Shown here: one piece after another, positions 1 through 14,999 of the stretch
Position numbering within the stretch: position 1 is the first letter of the stretch
How the letters are laid out: every line of letters starts with the position of its first letter
Assembly: GCF_009914755.1 (NCBI RefSeq)
Contig: NC_060934.1
Source of the DNA: the human T2T-CHM13v2.0 reference genome, Homo sapiens
Direction: 5' to 3' (one strand)
Length of the DNA stretch: 64,000 nt
Position numbers and translations under genes: made by a program
Notes under the pieces: generated by a model
The model's database searches: none
What the model saw: only the letters and a program-made list of their open reading frames with translations
What the model was told of the DNA's origin: nothing

Positions 1-95
1 GTTGCCCAGTCTTGAACTCCTGGGGTCAAGGGATCCTTTGGCATCAGCCTCTCAAAAGTGCTGGGATTACAGGTGTGAGCCACCTCGCTGGGCCA
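1..95 (-). mobile_element. Alu fragment (5' end, cut by the window edge)
   Basis: CAAAAGTGCTGGGATTACAGGTGTGAGCCACC. Confidence 0.85.
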
Positions 96-207
96 TAAAA
101 GCATCAATCTTAATTGTTTTTCTTCAGTATAAGAGGAAGACTGATATAAGCCTCGGAGCCAGACAGACCTGGGCTTGGGAAGCTGCTCAGCAATTTGCTT
201 GCTCTGG

Positions 208-812
208 TTATCAGTCAATAGTTCAATCCAGGAAGCAGAACTCTTAGGAGTAATATGGAATAAAGGATTCATCATAGGGATTACATTTGTGCAACTGTGG
301 GAGATAGGATAATAAAGGTCAGCAAAGGAGGGGATAGTTGGAGGAGCAGATAAAGCACTAATCTGGGAGCATGGATTGGAGCCCATATGGGGCTCAATGT
401 TGCCTCTGCTGGAGGGCCTGAAGCCACTGAAAATGACAAGCAGGATGGGCTGTTGGCAAGGAAAACTGGACACAAAGTGGTGGAAAGCCAGAACATCTGC
501 TTGCAGTAACACAGGATGGTGGCTTTGTACTGTCTCTCATTGCACCTAACCTGGCCCAGGATTGAGAGCACCTGACGAAGATGGGCGGGAGCGAAGGGAC
601 CTGTGACTGCAGCCGCTGCCTCATGCCAACAAAGCGAGCCAGGAGACCAGCAACATTGCTCTGCGTGCAATGGCTGCTGCTTCGCTTCTGCATTCCAAAT
701 CATGCACAGAAAGCTCTTGTGGCCAACTCTAAACAGGAGCCATACAAGTTCAGGGAATTCCAGGAAACATAGTTTCAGCTTAGCTTAGCTGCCACAATAT
801 GAAGCCACCATA
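208..812. mobile_element. Ancient ERVL-type LTR (MLT2-like), apparently inserted into a MIR
   Basis: GGGAATTCCAGGAAACATAGTT and GGATTACATTTGTGCAACTGTGGGAG resemble remembered MLT2-family consensus; MIR core resumes near 845. Confidence 0.4.
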
Positions 813-1071
813 TTCTGTTACTTGAAGTAAGAAAACAAAATCCTCTTAGCCTCAGTTTTCTCATTTGTGAAAAAGGCATATTAGTACTTATTCTCAGAGT
901 TGCTGAGAGGATGCATATCTTAAGGCATAGCTCCCTAGTATGTAGTGTATTATTTATCTCAATTTATTTATCTCAAATTAATTCAAAGCCTTTAATGCCA
1001 GTTTTATAATTTTTCTAATTACCCTCTTGATAAGATTATCATTAATAATTTGCTATTTTTAAAATAAATTA

Positions 1072-1361
1072 GGCCAGGTGTAGTGGCTTACATCTGTAAT
1101 CCTAGTATTCTGGGAGGCCAAGACAGGAGGCTCACTTGAGGCCAGGAGTTTGAGATCAGCCCGGCCAATATAGCATGACCCCATCTCTATAAAAAATTTT
1201 GAAAAGGAGCCATATATAGTGGCATGTGCCTGTAGTCCCAGCTATTTGGAAGGATGAGGTGGGAGGATCACCTGAGCCCAGGAGTTTGAAGCTGCAGTGA
1301 GCCATGATGGTGCCACTGCGCTCCAGTCTGGGTGACAGAGCTAGACCCTGTCTCTAAAAAA
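1072..1361 (+). mobile_element. AluJ element
   Basis: Dimeric Alu with AluJ-type GAGGATCACCTGAGCCCAGGAGTTTGA. Confidence 0.9.
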
Positions 1362-1691
1362 CTGAACTAAAATAATAGTATCTAATTTTCTTGAAATATG
1401 TTTTAATAATAAGTTTAGTCTGTCAGTTCCTTGGGTCATAAGTGATTCTTAATATTATTCAGAGAGAAACTCAAATGCGGCTAACATTTGTATTTATGGA
1501 CCCAAACTTGAAAATAGGCCTATGATTTATATAGTATTAGTGCTCTTCTGTCATCAACAGCCTGGTCCTCAACCTACGCTGATTGGTATTTTTAAATTCC
1601 TCTGCAACTTTTGTGATCTCTTCTTATGATGTTTTCTCTTTCTTTGTGGTTCTTGAGATCAATTCACAAGGAAATCACAGTTCTCAGATCC

Positions 1692-1880
1692 TAGAGTTGC
1701 CAGGATTAGCAATAAAAATATAGGATGCTTAATGAAATTGGAATTTAAGATAAACAATGAATTAATTTTTATTATAAGTATGTCAAGTACAATATTTAGA
1801 ACATTCTTATTTAAAATCATTCATTTTTCATTGGAAATTCTAATTTAATTAGGCACGCTATATCTCATATGGAAATCCTA
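1692..1880. mobile_element. MER53-like hAT-family MITE
   Basis: TAGAGTTGCCAG...GATAAACAATGAAT...TAAGTATGTC...GAAATTCTAATTTAATTAGGCA fits the palindromic MER53 layout. Confidence 0.65.
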
Positions 1881-2748
1881 TCTGATTCTCTTTTCCTTCT
1901 GGGGCACCCTGGCCTTGCTAATTCAGGAATCTCTCTTATTGTCATCCCTTCTAATGCTATTTTCACCAGCAATTCCCATAGCAACTCACTTAACACTCAA
2001 CATATCCCAAGAGGAAGCATGACCCGGCCCTGTACAATGGCTACCTTTTCCATCCAACCACCTATGTCTGCAGTTTTGCCATTCTTTCCATCTCTCCACA
2101 AAGAATCTTAGGTTCATTCTTGAGTGCCCCTACTTCCAGACAGTTACTGAGTCCTGTCAATTCTTTCTTTAAAGTGACTTCCAAGGGTTCACTTTCCTCC
2201 TTTTTGCTACCTTCACCTCTGCCCTGACCCCTATCTGCTTGATAGTCTCCTTAACTCCAGTCTCCTTCTTTGATCCTGTCTAAATCCTACTCATCTTCCT
2301 GAACACTACTGTTTCACTGTACTATGCTGCTTAAGAACTTACAATTGTTTGCTATTGTCTATTGTATTAAGTACTACGACTAGTGTAAAATCTTTCGCTC
2401 TTTGAATGACACCATCAAAGAAATGAAAAGACAAGTGGCAGTTCTCTCAAGAAAAAAAATAGATGACCTGAATTGTACTATATTCACTTCAAAAATAAAT
2501 TCATAGTCTAAGACCTTGTAACAAAGAAAACTGCAGGCTCAGATGACCTCCCTGGTGAATTCTACTAAATATTTATAGAAAAAATAATACCAATTGTACA
2601 CAAACTCTTCCAGAAATAAAAGAGGAAAGAGGTCAGCATTACCCTGATACCAAAAGCAGACAAAGGCATGAGAAGAAAAGAAAGTGACAGACCAATTTGC
2701 CTCATGAACGCACACACACAAAACTGCAACAAAATATTAGCAAATCAA

Positions 2749-2869
2749 GGCCGGGCACGGTGGCTCATGCCTGTAATCCCAGCACTTTAGGAGGCTGAGG
2801 CAGGTGTATTGCTTGAGCCCAGGAGTTCCAAGATCAGCCTGGGCAACATGGTGAAACCTTGTTTTTACA
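2749..2869 (+). mobile_element. Alu left monomer / FLAM-like, followed by a TA-rich tract
   Basis: GGCCGGGCACGGTGGCTCATGCCTGTAATCCCAGCAC. Confidence 0.85.
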
Positions 2870-3717
2870 TATATGTGTATGTATATATATTCACACATAT
2901 ATATCACATCCAGCTATATATGAAAAGAATAAAACACCAAGACCAAGTGAGCTTTATCCTGGGAATGTAAGTTAGTTTCAAAATTTAAAAAGCAATCAAA
3001 GTAATTCACCATTTCAACAGATGTATGATCATCTCAATAGATAAAGAATAGGGCTTTGACAAAATTCAACATTTACTCATAATTTTGAAAACCACTACCA
3101 GCAAACCAGAAATATAAGGAATATTCCCATGTTGTTCAACCTAAGAAAAGGCATTTATGAAAAACCTATAACTAATATCATACTTAATGCTCAAAGACCA
3201 AATGCTTTCCCTAAAGATGAGAAACAAGGCAAGGATGTCACTTTCACCTTCCTATTCAACATCGTACTGGAAGCCATAGCCCGTGCAATAAGGCATGAAA
3301 AATAAATCAAAGATATGCAGATTGAAAAGGAAAAAATATTAAATAAAACTATCTCTATTCACAGAAGACATGATTGTCTATACAGAAATTCCCAAAGAAG
3401 CTATAAAAAAGCTAGTGGAACTAATAAGTGAGTTTTAGTGAGGTCATAGGATATAAGGTCAACAGACAAAATCAATTGTATTTGTATATACTTGTAATGA
3501 AGAAATTTTAAAATGAAAAAATTTAAAGTATCATTTCAAATAGCACCAAAAAGCATAAAATATTTAGGTATGCATCTAACAAAATATGAAATCTGCATGC
3601 TCAACTATAAAACATTGAAGAGAGAAATCAAAGAAGATGTAAATAAAAGTGGAAATATACCATGTTTACATATCGGAAGACTCAATAGTGTTGTCATTTC
3701 ACCTCCAAAATGATTTA

Positions 3718-4051
<334 letters not shown>

Positions 4052-5249
4052 TCAACAAGATGATTCTAAAATTTATGTGGAAAAGCAAACAAAATGGAAT
4101 TGCCAAAACAACTTTGAAAAAGAAGTACAAAGAAGATTCACATTATCTAATTTTAAGACTTACTATAAATCTACCATAATCAACACTGCGTGGTATTGGC
4201 AAAAGGACTGATGAATAGATAAATGAAACAGAATAGAAGATCCAGAAATAGACCCACAACATATGGTCAGTTGAAATTTGAAAAAAGTACAAAGGTAATT
4301 CAGTAGAGATGAGATAGTCTTTTCAAAAAATAGGGCAAAATAATTGAACATCCATATGCAAACACACAGAATAACAACTCATATTTCACACCATACATAA
4401 AAATTGACTTAAAATAAATCTAAAGTGTGAAACATAAAACTTCTAGAAGAAAACATAGGAGAAAATCTTTGTGACATTGGTTAGGGAATGATATTTTTAA
4501 ATACAATACCAAAAGCACGATTCATTAAAAAAAAATAGTCGGACTTAAAATTTCTGCTCTTTGAGTGACATTCAAATGAAAAGACAATTCATGAAATATC
4601 TACAAAAATATTTGCAAACACATAGCTGATAAAGGACAAGTCTCTAGAATACATAAAGGACTCTCAGAACTCAGTAATAAGAAAACAACCCAATTAAAAA
4701 CTTGACAAAATATTTGAATAGACAATTAGTGAAGATATTTGGATGAGAAACAGGCACATAAAAAGATGCTCAACATATTAGTCATTACGGGAATGCAAAT
4801 TAAAACCACAATAACATACTATATATCTATCAAAGTGTCTAAAATAAAAATAACTGATAATACCATATAAGAAAGAGGATGTGAAGCAACTGAAAGTCCC
4901 ATACAATACTGGTGGGAATGTATACGATGTAGCTACTGTGGAAAATAGTTTGGCAGCTTCTTGTAAAGTTAAACATACACACATCATATAACCCAGCAAT
5001 CCCACACTTTGGAATTTATGTAAGAGAAATAAAAACATTATGTCTACACAAAACTAGCACAGAAATCTTCATAGAGGCTTTATTCATAATTGCCAAAAAG
5101 CTGGAAACAATCCATATGTCCATCAACTGGTGAATGGAAAAACAAACTGGTATGTCCCTACAATGGAATACTATTCAGCAATAAGAAGAAATGAATTGCT
5201 GATATATCAACAGGGAGAATCTCAAAAATGTTATGCTAGGTAAAAAACC

Positions 5250-5559
<310 letters not shown>

Positions 5560-6539
5560 CAGACACAAAAGACTACATACTGCATGATTCCATTTGTATG
5601 ATGTTCTGGAAAAGGCAAAACTACAGTGAGATGAAGTAGATCAGTAGTCTCCTGGGGTCAGGGGTAGGGCAAGTATAATGACTGCAAATGGGAAGAGGGA
5701 AGTTCGCTGGGATTATGGTGACACTCTACATCTTGAGTGTAGCGCGGTTACACAACTGCATACCTTTCCCAGAACTCATTGAACTGTTCGATATTTTGGA
5801 GTTGTAGAATTTAAACCTCTACATTCCAAATCATGTGTCCTCCATTCCATGGTAAATGAGGGTTCTTACTGTTTTTTTTCAATTTGGCCAGTCTTCTCAA
5901 TGCCTTATGGACTTTGGGCTCTTTGTAGATAGATGTTTCAAGCAGAGTCAAAAGTACCACAAGTTATGGATCACTCAGACTAGAGTGTGAGACAGCAACT
6001 CCCTGAACCCAGACGAAGGATGTGCCAGAGAAAAATACGAAGACATCTCGATTTTGCTCCCTGAGATTTTCTAAAGAGCTGCTTACCAAAGGAAATGATT
6101 CAAGAAAAACTGGAGGAAGAACCAGTGAAAAGACAGGGAATGGAATGGTCCACTATGCCTTCTAAAGAGAGAGATGTTTACAAGCAGGCTGACCATAATG
6201 AACATTGGTGGGCTCTAAGATTCTTGAGGGATCAGGAGGTGAGAAGATAAGAGAATTATTGTCATCAAGGCCTTTGAGGGCATCATATGACTGCTGTTAT
6301 TAAAAGAGCTCTGTAAGGTTCACTTTACAGTTCCTGATAGTGAAGAAGTGCCAGGCAGCACCCAGAAGGTTTTCGTTTTCATTTTCTAAATAGGGGCTTA
6401 TGTGCTTGGGGTCCTCAAATGGTTACATCGCATGCGCACCTGCACCAGTAAAACCTCACAATTATAGAATTACACAATTTGGTTAAAATTACCAAATAAA
6501 TACCAATAATGGTGCATGTGCCTTAGGTCTTAATACTTT

Positions 6540-6700
6540 TCAAGAGCCATGTGAAAGAGATGCTATTATTATTTCCACTGTACACTTTAGGAAAATTAGA
6601 CTTAGAGAAAATAAGTCTTTAGTCCAAGGTCATAGAACTGGAAGCAAGTGGGATACTGGCATGAGCCCCGTTTTCTGTACTCCATGCACTATACTGCCTT
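6540..6700 (-). mobile_element. MIR fragment (L2 tail adjacent)
   Basis: TATTATTATTTCCACT...AAGTC...CCAAGGTCATAGAACT MIR core. Confidence 0.55.
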
Positions 6701-9078
6701 CATTCATTGAACAAATATTCTTGACTATCTATTAAGTACCAGGTACTTGTCTAATAAAGGACTCTCTATGAGAACAGTAAAGTAAAAAAGTAAAGAAGTT
6801 ACAACCTATGGTGCTTTTTTTATAACCCATATTAAAAATCCTATCAACTTCAGTATACTTTAAGAAGGTATTATAACTTATTTATATAACTTTATAGCAA
6901 TCCTTACAGTTATTAAGATAAAAAACAGCTTGTTAAGCAAAGTTATTAAAATCTCCCTATTAAATAAAATTGAATACATTACTGGATAAATGCTCCCCAA
7001 AAAAGAGTTTTTTGATATTTCTTTTCAATAAATCTTGTTACAAATGAGTATGTTTTTAGAAAAACTGATATTCCACTTGAAACAAAAGATAAACACTGAT
7101 ACTTAAATTTGCCACTTAAACCCTTATATTTTCCAAAATTATCATTCATATAATTATTGAGATATCTTAAAGAAAAAAGAATGACTATTTTTATTCAAAG
7201 AATGGCGCAATATTCTTATAATACTCAGAGAAGTACTGGCTACTCTCCTATTATTATATTTAGCTGGAATGATTTAAAATTTTTGGCTAACATATAACTA
7301 TGCCTAAGAACCTGATGACATTTCTATGTAAAGTTTTTTTTTTTTTAAAAAACCATCTTAGGAATCATATTGAATATGTTTAAATCTAGCCAAGTTTTTA
7401 TCTTTATACTTTTCTTAAACTTTAATACCATAAAAGAAAGCTAAGATAAAAAGCTTAAGCAAACACAGTTAGATTGTCTTTATACTATTTATAGCAATGG
7501 ACAGATACTTAAAGCTTACTTAGCTAAAGATTTAAGTCTGTTACTTTATGACATATGCTTTCCCCCAACCCCTGTTAACACGGCAGGATGTTTGCAAAAT
7601 GACTACTCTCCTGTAGTGACTCTTGATTTTAACCTAACAGACTATCATTATGACTCAGTTTGAACATTTGTCATCATAGATGTCATAGTTTCTACAAACA
7701 GACAAATATTGATCATAGCAACTTTTAGAAATAGAATAAAACCAAAATGAAATTAAAATTAATTTAAAAGTATTCGTTTGAAAACACTCTTTTAGGTTTC
7801 TAGAAGCACTTTAATTATTGGTTAAACTGACTTCTAAACATCTGTATTTTATATTTTTATTTATGTTCATCTTGCTACAAAAATAATTTAAGGCAACTTT
7901 CAAAAGTATATAAAAACATATGTAAGAATATTATTTTCCTTCTATTATAATTGACAAGTGCAAAATCAATTTTTTTCCAACATTTCCAGTATACACTGTT
8001 GAAAGTTCTTTATAAAGAAGAATGTATATTGCTATTGAAACTTATAAAACAAAATATGTATGTCTTTATTGATACTTTTGGTCTTATAAAACTATTTTTT
8101 ATTTCAATTCATAAACATTTTAATTATTGTTTAAGCAAAAATAAAAGTTTTCTTATAGATCTATCAACTACTCACCTATATATCACAGCTAGGCCTAATT
8201 TAAAATTTTCTTTCATTTTCAAATTCTAAGAAAACCATTTGAAAATTCAGTTTTCTTAGGGCCTTGTTTACCCACATATTTCCATCTACATTGTTATTCT
8301 TTACCAAATTTCTCCTGTTTTTGGTCTGTAATTTATAGAGCACTAAAAGTCAAATAAAAGTTGCCAATTATCTGATTAATTTTGATTTAGAATACTGCTG
8401 CTCTAAATGATCCGGCCTATTTCTGTTAGCATTAAAAAAAAAGAAAAAAGAAAAAAAGAAAAGAAAGTTGAGTAATTACGCCAGTAATTCAGGTCCAAGT
8501 TTCTAATTACATGGACTAAACTGACTATATAAATACAATTCTCCCTTTCACCTGTTGCTAGTCATTATTTTCTTGGTGTTTTGTTACATTAAAAAGATTT
8601 TATAAAACTTGCCTCCCCATCCCCTTTCATAAAATATAGATTAAAATGCTTACACAAAGAAAATTAATTTTGAAAATAACATTTGAGAGAGTTAGAAAAA
8701 CATTTATGTTTTAACCTTAATAAAACAATGAAACAAAAGTTCAGGGAAAAACTGAGTATATGGGAAGAAACACAGTGGAAAAGTTTAATCTATTTTTTTA
8801 GGTGCTTGTTTTCTCAAAACTCTGTAAAACTACTTTCTAAACATTCACCACGGTGTAAAAATCAGCTACGTATAAACAATTCAAAGTATTTTCTGAATAG
8901 TTCTAGCTATGTAACAAATGTGAAAAAGCTGAACACAATTATTCTACTAGGATTTTTAAAAATGTAGTTTTTAGACTGACTTATCCATAAAATGGCTTCA
9001 AGTCTATATTTAATTTGAAAAGGGGGATAAAATCAGTATTCTGTTGAATATAACAACCATAATAGAAAAGTTAAATTC

Positions 9079-9364
9079 TTTTTTTTTGAGACAGAGTCTC
9101 ACTCTGTTGCCAGGCTGGAGTGCAATGGCACGATCTTGGCTCACTCAACCTCCGACTCCCAGGTTCAAGCAATTCTCCTGCCTCAGCCTCCCTAGTAGCT
9201 GGATTACAGATGCATGCCACCACGCCTGGCTAATTTTTGTATTTTTGGTAGAGACAGCGTTTCACCATGTTGGCCAGGATGGCCTCGATCTCCTGACCTC
9301 ATGATCCACCCACCTCGGCCTCCCAAAGTGCTGGGATTACAAGCGTGAGCCACCGCGCCCGGCC
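9079..9364 (-). mobile_element. AluSc element
   Basis: TGTTGCCAGGCTGG and GGCCAGGATGG diagnostics; TSD GTTAAATTCTT. Confidence 0.9.
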
Positions 9365-11223
9365 CAAAATGTTAAATTCTTAACCAGTATCATTTTAAAT
9401 ATTGTACACAATTAAAAATATTAAAACACTTATCTAGGCTTTCATTGCCATGTAAGCTCTTTTGAAATATTAATTTTGGTTTAAATGCTTACTTTAAATG
9501 AGTTAAAAGTACTTTAGCTGTAAAGTCTCCTTAACTGTTTATAATGTATTTAATGCAAATCATCCCTTCTTATATACTAACTTCCATTCTAAAATGCTTC
9601 ATTTGACAAGTGAATATAGTTACATTTTTCAGTTTATAAGCAATTATACTGTTACTTTGGTTTTAATCTACAAAAACCTTTATTTTTGTTTTCATTTTTG
9701 TTTGTAAAATTATAGTTCCTTAAACAAAATATACTTATTTGTACACATTTTAACATGTAAAAAGCATGTTCTCAAAATACAAACTTGAAAAAGTTACTGG
9801 CTTTCAACAATAATATCCCACAGCATAGGCCCATTTGTTCCATTTTTTGCTGGAATTCGTGAAACCAACCCAAACTCCAATTTCTAAGGTATGAAAAAAC
9901 ACAGAGATTCCAAATCCAGACCTAAAAAACGAAGAGACTCTGTTAGACATTCTCTGCTGTTGTAGTCTAAATGTAGGACATCTTGAAACTGATTAGATTC
10001 TGGACAAAACAGATGATCTTTCAGTCTTTTCCAAGCCTTACTAATGAAGCTTAGTTGAATTCATTGTAGCTAAAAGAATCTTGGATTGTGTCACAGAAAA
10101 TAAACACTAAATAAGCTTTCTGTGACACTTCTCAGGTCCTTTCTCTCTTCCTTCCTCTTCCTCTTTCCCCCCTTTCTCTCTCTTCTTCCCTCCTTCCCTC
10201 CCTCTTTTTAAAGATATAAAACAATTTAAAGGACTGTCTGTGTACACATGGAAGAATTAGATACAGTCATCAATGTAAACTTGTTTCATGTCTCTTCTTC
10301 ACTTTACCCTCCTACAGCTAAGCCATGGGCCATCCTGGCTGATACCAGATCAATGATATAGGAAACTGAAGTGGTGACGTTTATAATTTTAGTACAGAAA
10401 AAAAAATCAACCTGCTGTTGAGGAGGTAACTGTGCTTATTATCTAAATGGTCTATTTGATGGAATTTATTAGGTGATTGGCCAGTTCCTAATTTTCATAT
10501 AAATTAACTGGTGAAGATAGAAATTATGTGATTTAAGAATTGAACTTGCTTTTTATAATCCATACAAAAGATAAGTGAATCATTTAAATCACTTACGGAA
10601 TTTAAAGGAAAATTATTTTTTATTTGTCTGTGCAGAGAAATTCTAAGACACATAATGCAACCTGTTCTTTTCTCATTAAATGTTACATGGAGTATGACTG
10701 CTTTCTTTCATTTCTTCCTAACTTCCTTCCTTTAACTTAAAATTTGCCTTCATCTTTTGCCAAATTACATTTGTTTATTTTCATTTCTTTTTTACAAATC
10801 GATTTCTCATTTCTTCTTAGATGAAGACTTCACAATTTTGGTCTTTACAACTCAGATATTCCCCATGTGACATTAACTGCTTTGCTTAAAAATAAGGGAT
10901 CAAACTTCCTAAAATACGTTTCAACATGCTACGCTGAAGTCCTAAAGAGTAGACATGACTTTTCTAATATCCACGAAATCCTTTTAAAACTGTGGACTGG
11001 TTAGATACAAAGATTTGATATTTAAAGTTATAATTTCATTCTTAGGTCTGCTCCTTTAATTTTGCCATTATCTTATACTCACTCAAGTAGCTAACAAAAT
11101 CATGGCATGACAACACTGATGACAGCTCCCAAATTTCACTTTAGAAATTAAATAGTATTTTCTTGCCAAGATTTTGACTACAGAGTTTCTTATTTGCAAA
11201 GTTTAACAAAATTATGGTTTTCT

Positions 11224-11486
11224 AGGCCAAGGTGTGCAGATTACTTGAGGTCAGGAGTTTGAGACCAGCCTGGTCAACATGGCAAAATCCTGTCTCTACT
11301 GAAAATACAAAAATTAGCTGGGTGTGGTTGCATACACCTGTAATCCCAGCTACTTGAGAGGCTGAGGCATGAGAATTGCTTGAACCCAAGAGATGAAGGT
11401 TGCGTGAGCTGAGATCATGCTGCTGCACCCAAGCGACAGAGTGAGACTCTGTCTCAAAAAAAAAAAAAAAAAAAAAAAAGAAAAAA
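11224..11486 (+). mobile_element. 5'-truncated AluS element
   Basis: Long A tail; TSD AAAATTA(T/C)GGTTTTCTA. Confidence 0.9.
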
Positions 11487-11610
11487 TTACGGTTTTCTAA
11501 TTTCAGGAAATGTTGTGAGATCTTATATAATAAACTCAATTTCTCAGTAGCATGATAATTTGACTTTTTAAAACTTAGATTTAAAATATTTAATTTTTCT
11601 TATATTTTGA

Positions 11611-11822
<212 letters not shown>

Positions 11823-14800
11823 AAAATGGTACTAAATGATGACAATATTAAATAGAAATTGTACTATTTACCATTTAATATAAATTTATTCAAAAAAGTT
11901 TTAGGGGAAAAATACAAAACACTTGTGCCAAATCATAAGCGTAAGTTATCTGTTTTAGAGAACACTGTATCATTAATTTTAAACCCTGTGGTTACAGTTT
12001 ATTTAATGTAATTTGTATTTCATTTCCCTCACACATTTTTAAATCCACATATGCAAATTAAACTATACAATGTGAGAAAAGGTTATATTTGTCCATATCA
12101 ATTATTGCAGCAATGACTGTTTAGAAATAATTAGGGATTGGATTACATGTTTAAATTGAAAATAAAAGCTTTACTGTCCCCTCTGAATACTCAGTTTGGT
12201 GTCTCACAGTGTGATATAAGATGCAATTTGAGACCACTGAACTCTGTGATCATGAATGTGCAAAAACTTGACCATTCAAATTCCAAGTCACAAACTATGC
12301 CTTGCCAAGTTATTTAATAAAAGAATATAGACAGGTTTTATAAACTTCACTGAAACAGTTTTTGACTTATACTCTCAAGTGTCATATATAACTCAGTTAA
12401 ATACTCCTTCCAACTGTCCATTTGTGGTTAAAATAGCTTTAAAACAGTAAAGACTATTTTCATTAACAAATATCTCAGAGTTTAAAGTAACCATCAAAGC
12501 ATCGGTGTTAGGGAACACAGAGAGAATGGTTTCTTATTTAGAGGTAGTTTCTAAAGTGTTCTAAACTTTCTTCTCTGTAGCATATGAGCAGGCAGGGATA
12601 AAACAGATCCCCACTAGAATATATAATAAATATATAAGCCAGTTAAAACTAGTCTTTGTCTCGATGGCACTTAAACTTATTATTTTTTCTCCCCATGGAG
12701 TTCCATGAGCTCTTCAATCTAAAGGAATATCTTCCTTCAGCGTTATTTGCACAAAAGCAAAAGTACTTATACAATCTGAAAAAGAAAATATTGTAATTCA
12801 TAACACTAACAAATGCAGCAATGAGGCCTGTGGGAAAAGCTGACCACATAGATCCGGTAAAAGCCCTAGCCTATTTAATTGTAATCACAATAAAGGGACC
12901 AATATTAAATTTGTTTCTAAAAATATTAACCAGTTCAAAGGATATCAAATGTACTTGAAACTCTAAAACATTGTTTAAAAAGGTAACTTCTAGTTCTTCA
13001 AATGATTTCTAGATTCTCAAAAAGAAAAATAAATTTATCAGCATTGTCTACCTAATATTTGCAGTTTAGGAGGCAAGATATATTGTTAATGTGAAGATGG
13101 TTGCATCTGTATTTTGTTGTTTTCAGCTGCACATAATTGTTCTTTTAAAAGGCTTTTGGGAAGCCAAATTTAGTTTACTGGCTTTGAGCATGCAGAATTT
13201 TTTAAAGTTTAGTCAAAGTTCCAATGCTGTTTTGAGTAAAGCAAAATTTTAAACAGTATTTTCATACTTTCAGAATATGTTCATATGTAGTTTTTCTAAC
13301 ATAAAATGCATTGATCTTTATGGCTGTAACCAAGAGAGTCTACATCTGGGTAGTCATGCCTTTTGATGATCATACTTCCATGTATTTCAATGACTTGTCA
13401 AAGACACACGTTTGAAACACTCGATCCTGTGCCTCCTTCAAAGGAAGTTTAAATAAATATACCTGTAGTAGGAAAATTCCGTTTTTCTAGCATTAGAACA
13501 CATTATGGTGAAAATTTTTGTGAGCTTAAAATGTGCCCATCACTTAGGCCTAACACATGAATATACTTAGGCCTAAGAGGAGGAAACATTCTAAGAGAAA
13601 GTACTTATACATGGGCAACAAAGTAATATGACAGCTATTATGGAAACAATCCTTCTGAATTTCCTAACTTTCATGCCCACAAATTGACAACCACTTGTGT
13701 TTATTTTTCTTTTAAAATAATATTTTAAAATCTATGTCCATGATTAATACTCTCTTTTTTGACACTAAATTGAGTATTAGAGTTATCAACTCAAATTCTA
13801 TTAGAGTATTAATAATCAACGTTACACTAGGTCATAAAATACATGTGTAATAAACATAATAAGCTTGGGTGTTGTTAATATTGTTGAACATTTACACAAC
13901 TCTGTCCTGACTATTCTCTATGTAATCAGGTATCATGAAGTTTTTCAACTGACATTTTACTACTAATGAGAAACAAATTAGGAAGATGAGTGATGGGAAG
14001 AAAAGATGAACATGATTAATAGGTGCTTGTTTCATAAAGACTCTAGGGAGACTTTTAAATCCTTCACTGCTACTATATTCTCACCGAGTGAGGAGCCACT
14101 GCACGTGCCTTTTAAAGCTTTCAAAGGAGGGCTGAGTAGTTACTCAATCTGTTACTGATGCTTACTCCATTTGCATCCTGTTGTGAAATGAGGTACACTT
14201 TATGTATTGGTGCCAAGGTAAATGTCAACTGTATCCATCAAAAATTTTTAAAACAGACATCTAAGTTAGAAAAAGAAAATAATGTTTCACTTTGGGTCTA
14301 ATGTTGCAAATAATCGCTCCTGAAGACTAAAACATCTTTGTTGTTCCGCATCCCTTCCCTCCACCCTTCAAGAACTTGCATTTTTTAACTTTTCAAGTGC
14401 TTTTGATTAAAAATACCTAATCTACTTTGCTTCACGGGTTTTTTAAAGAATCATTCTTGTTCTCTAAACCAACTTCGTAGAAATAGAGAGGAAGTTAAAC
14501 TTTATACAGTATTTGAATCTTTAAAGGTATGAGCATCCTAAACAGTAACTCACTTCTAATAAAGATCTTGCCATTCCTAACTGTACTTTACTAAGGTAGC
14601 TGTTTAATAAAAACGTATTTATGCAGATTCTATAGAGCAACTAAAACGGGACCCATAGATGTGGTGAGTAGCACAAAATGTGTATGGCAGTTGGCTTTAT
14701 TTGCAGCGGCATATAAAATTGTTAATAATCCTGTCAAATCTGTTCATGAATAATTTATTAATCCGATTGCTGGAGTGCAGTGCATACAGGAACTCTATGT

Positions 14801-14999
14801 ATGCGTGCATGTGTACACACCCCCCATGCAGGAAGGACACTACTGCCGTATTCCAGAAATGACAAAAAAAAAAAAGTAAAAATAAGCAAGAATCACATAA
14901 TTAGATGTCTTACAGTCTCATAAAAGGGCAGTGCTGCGAGGTTAAGCTGGTGAGCTAAAAAACAAACAAAACAAACAAAAAACCACAAAAGCAAAATCC

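Noticed and set aside
5950-6360. Purine-rich stretch that looked like a decayed retroelement or pseudogene coding region
   Set aside because: I could not recover a convincing motif by eye. A Dfam or tBLASTx search is needed.
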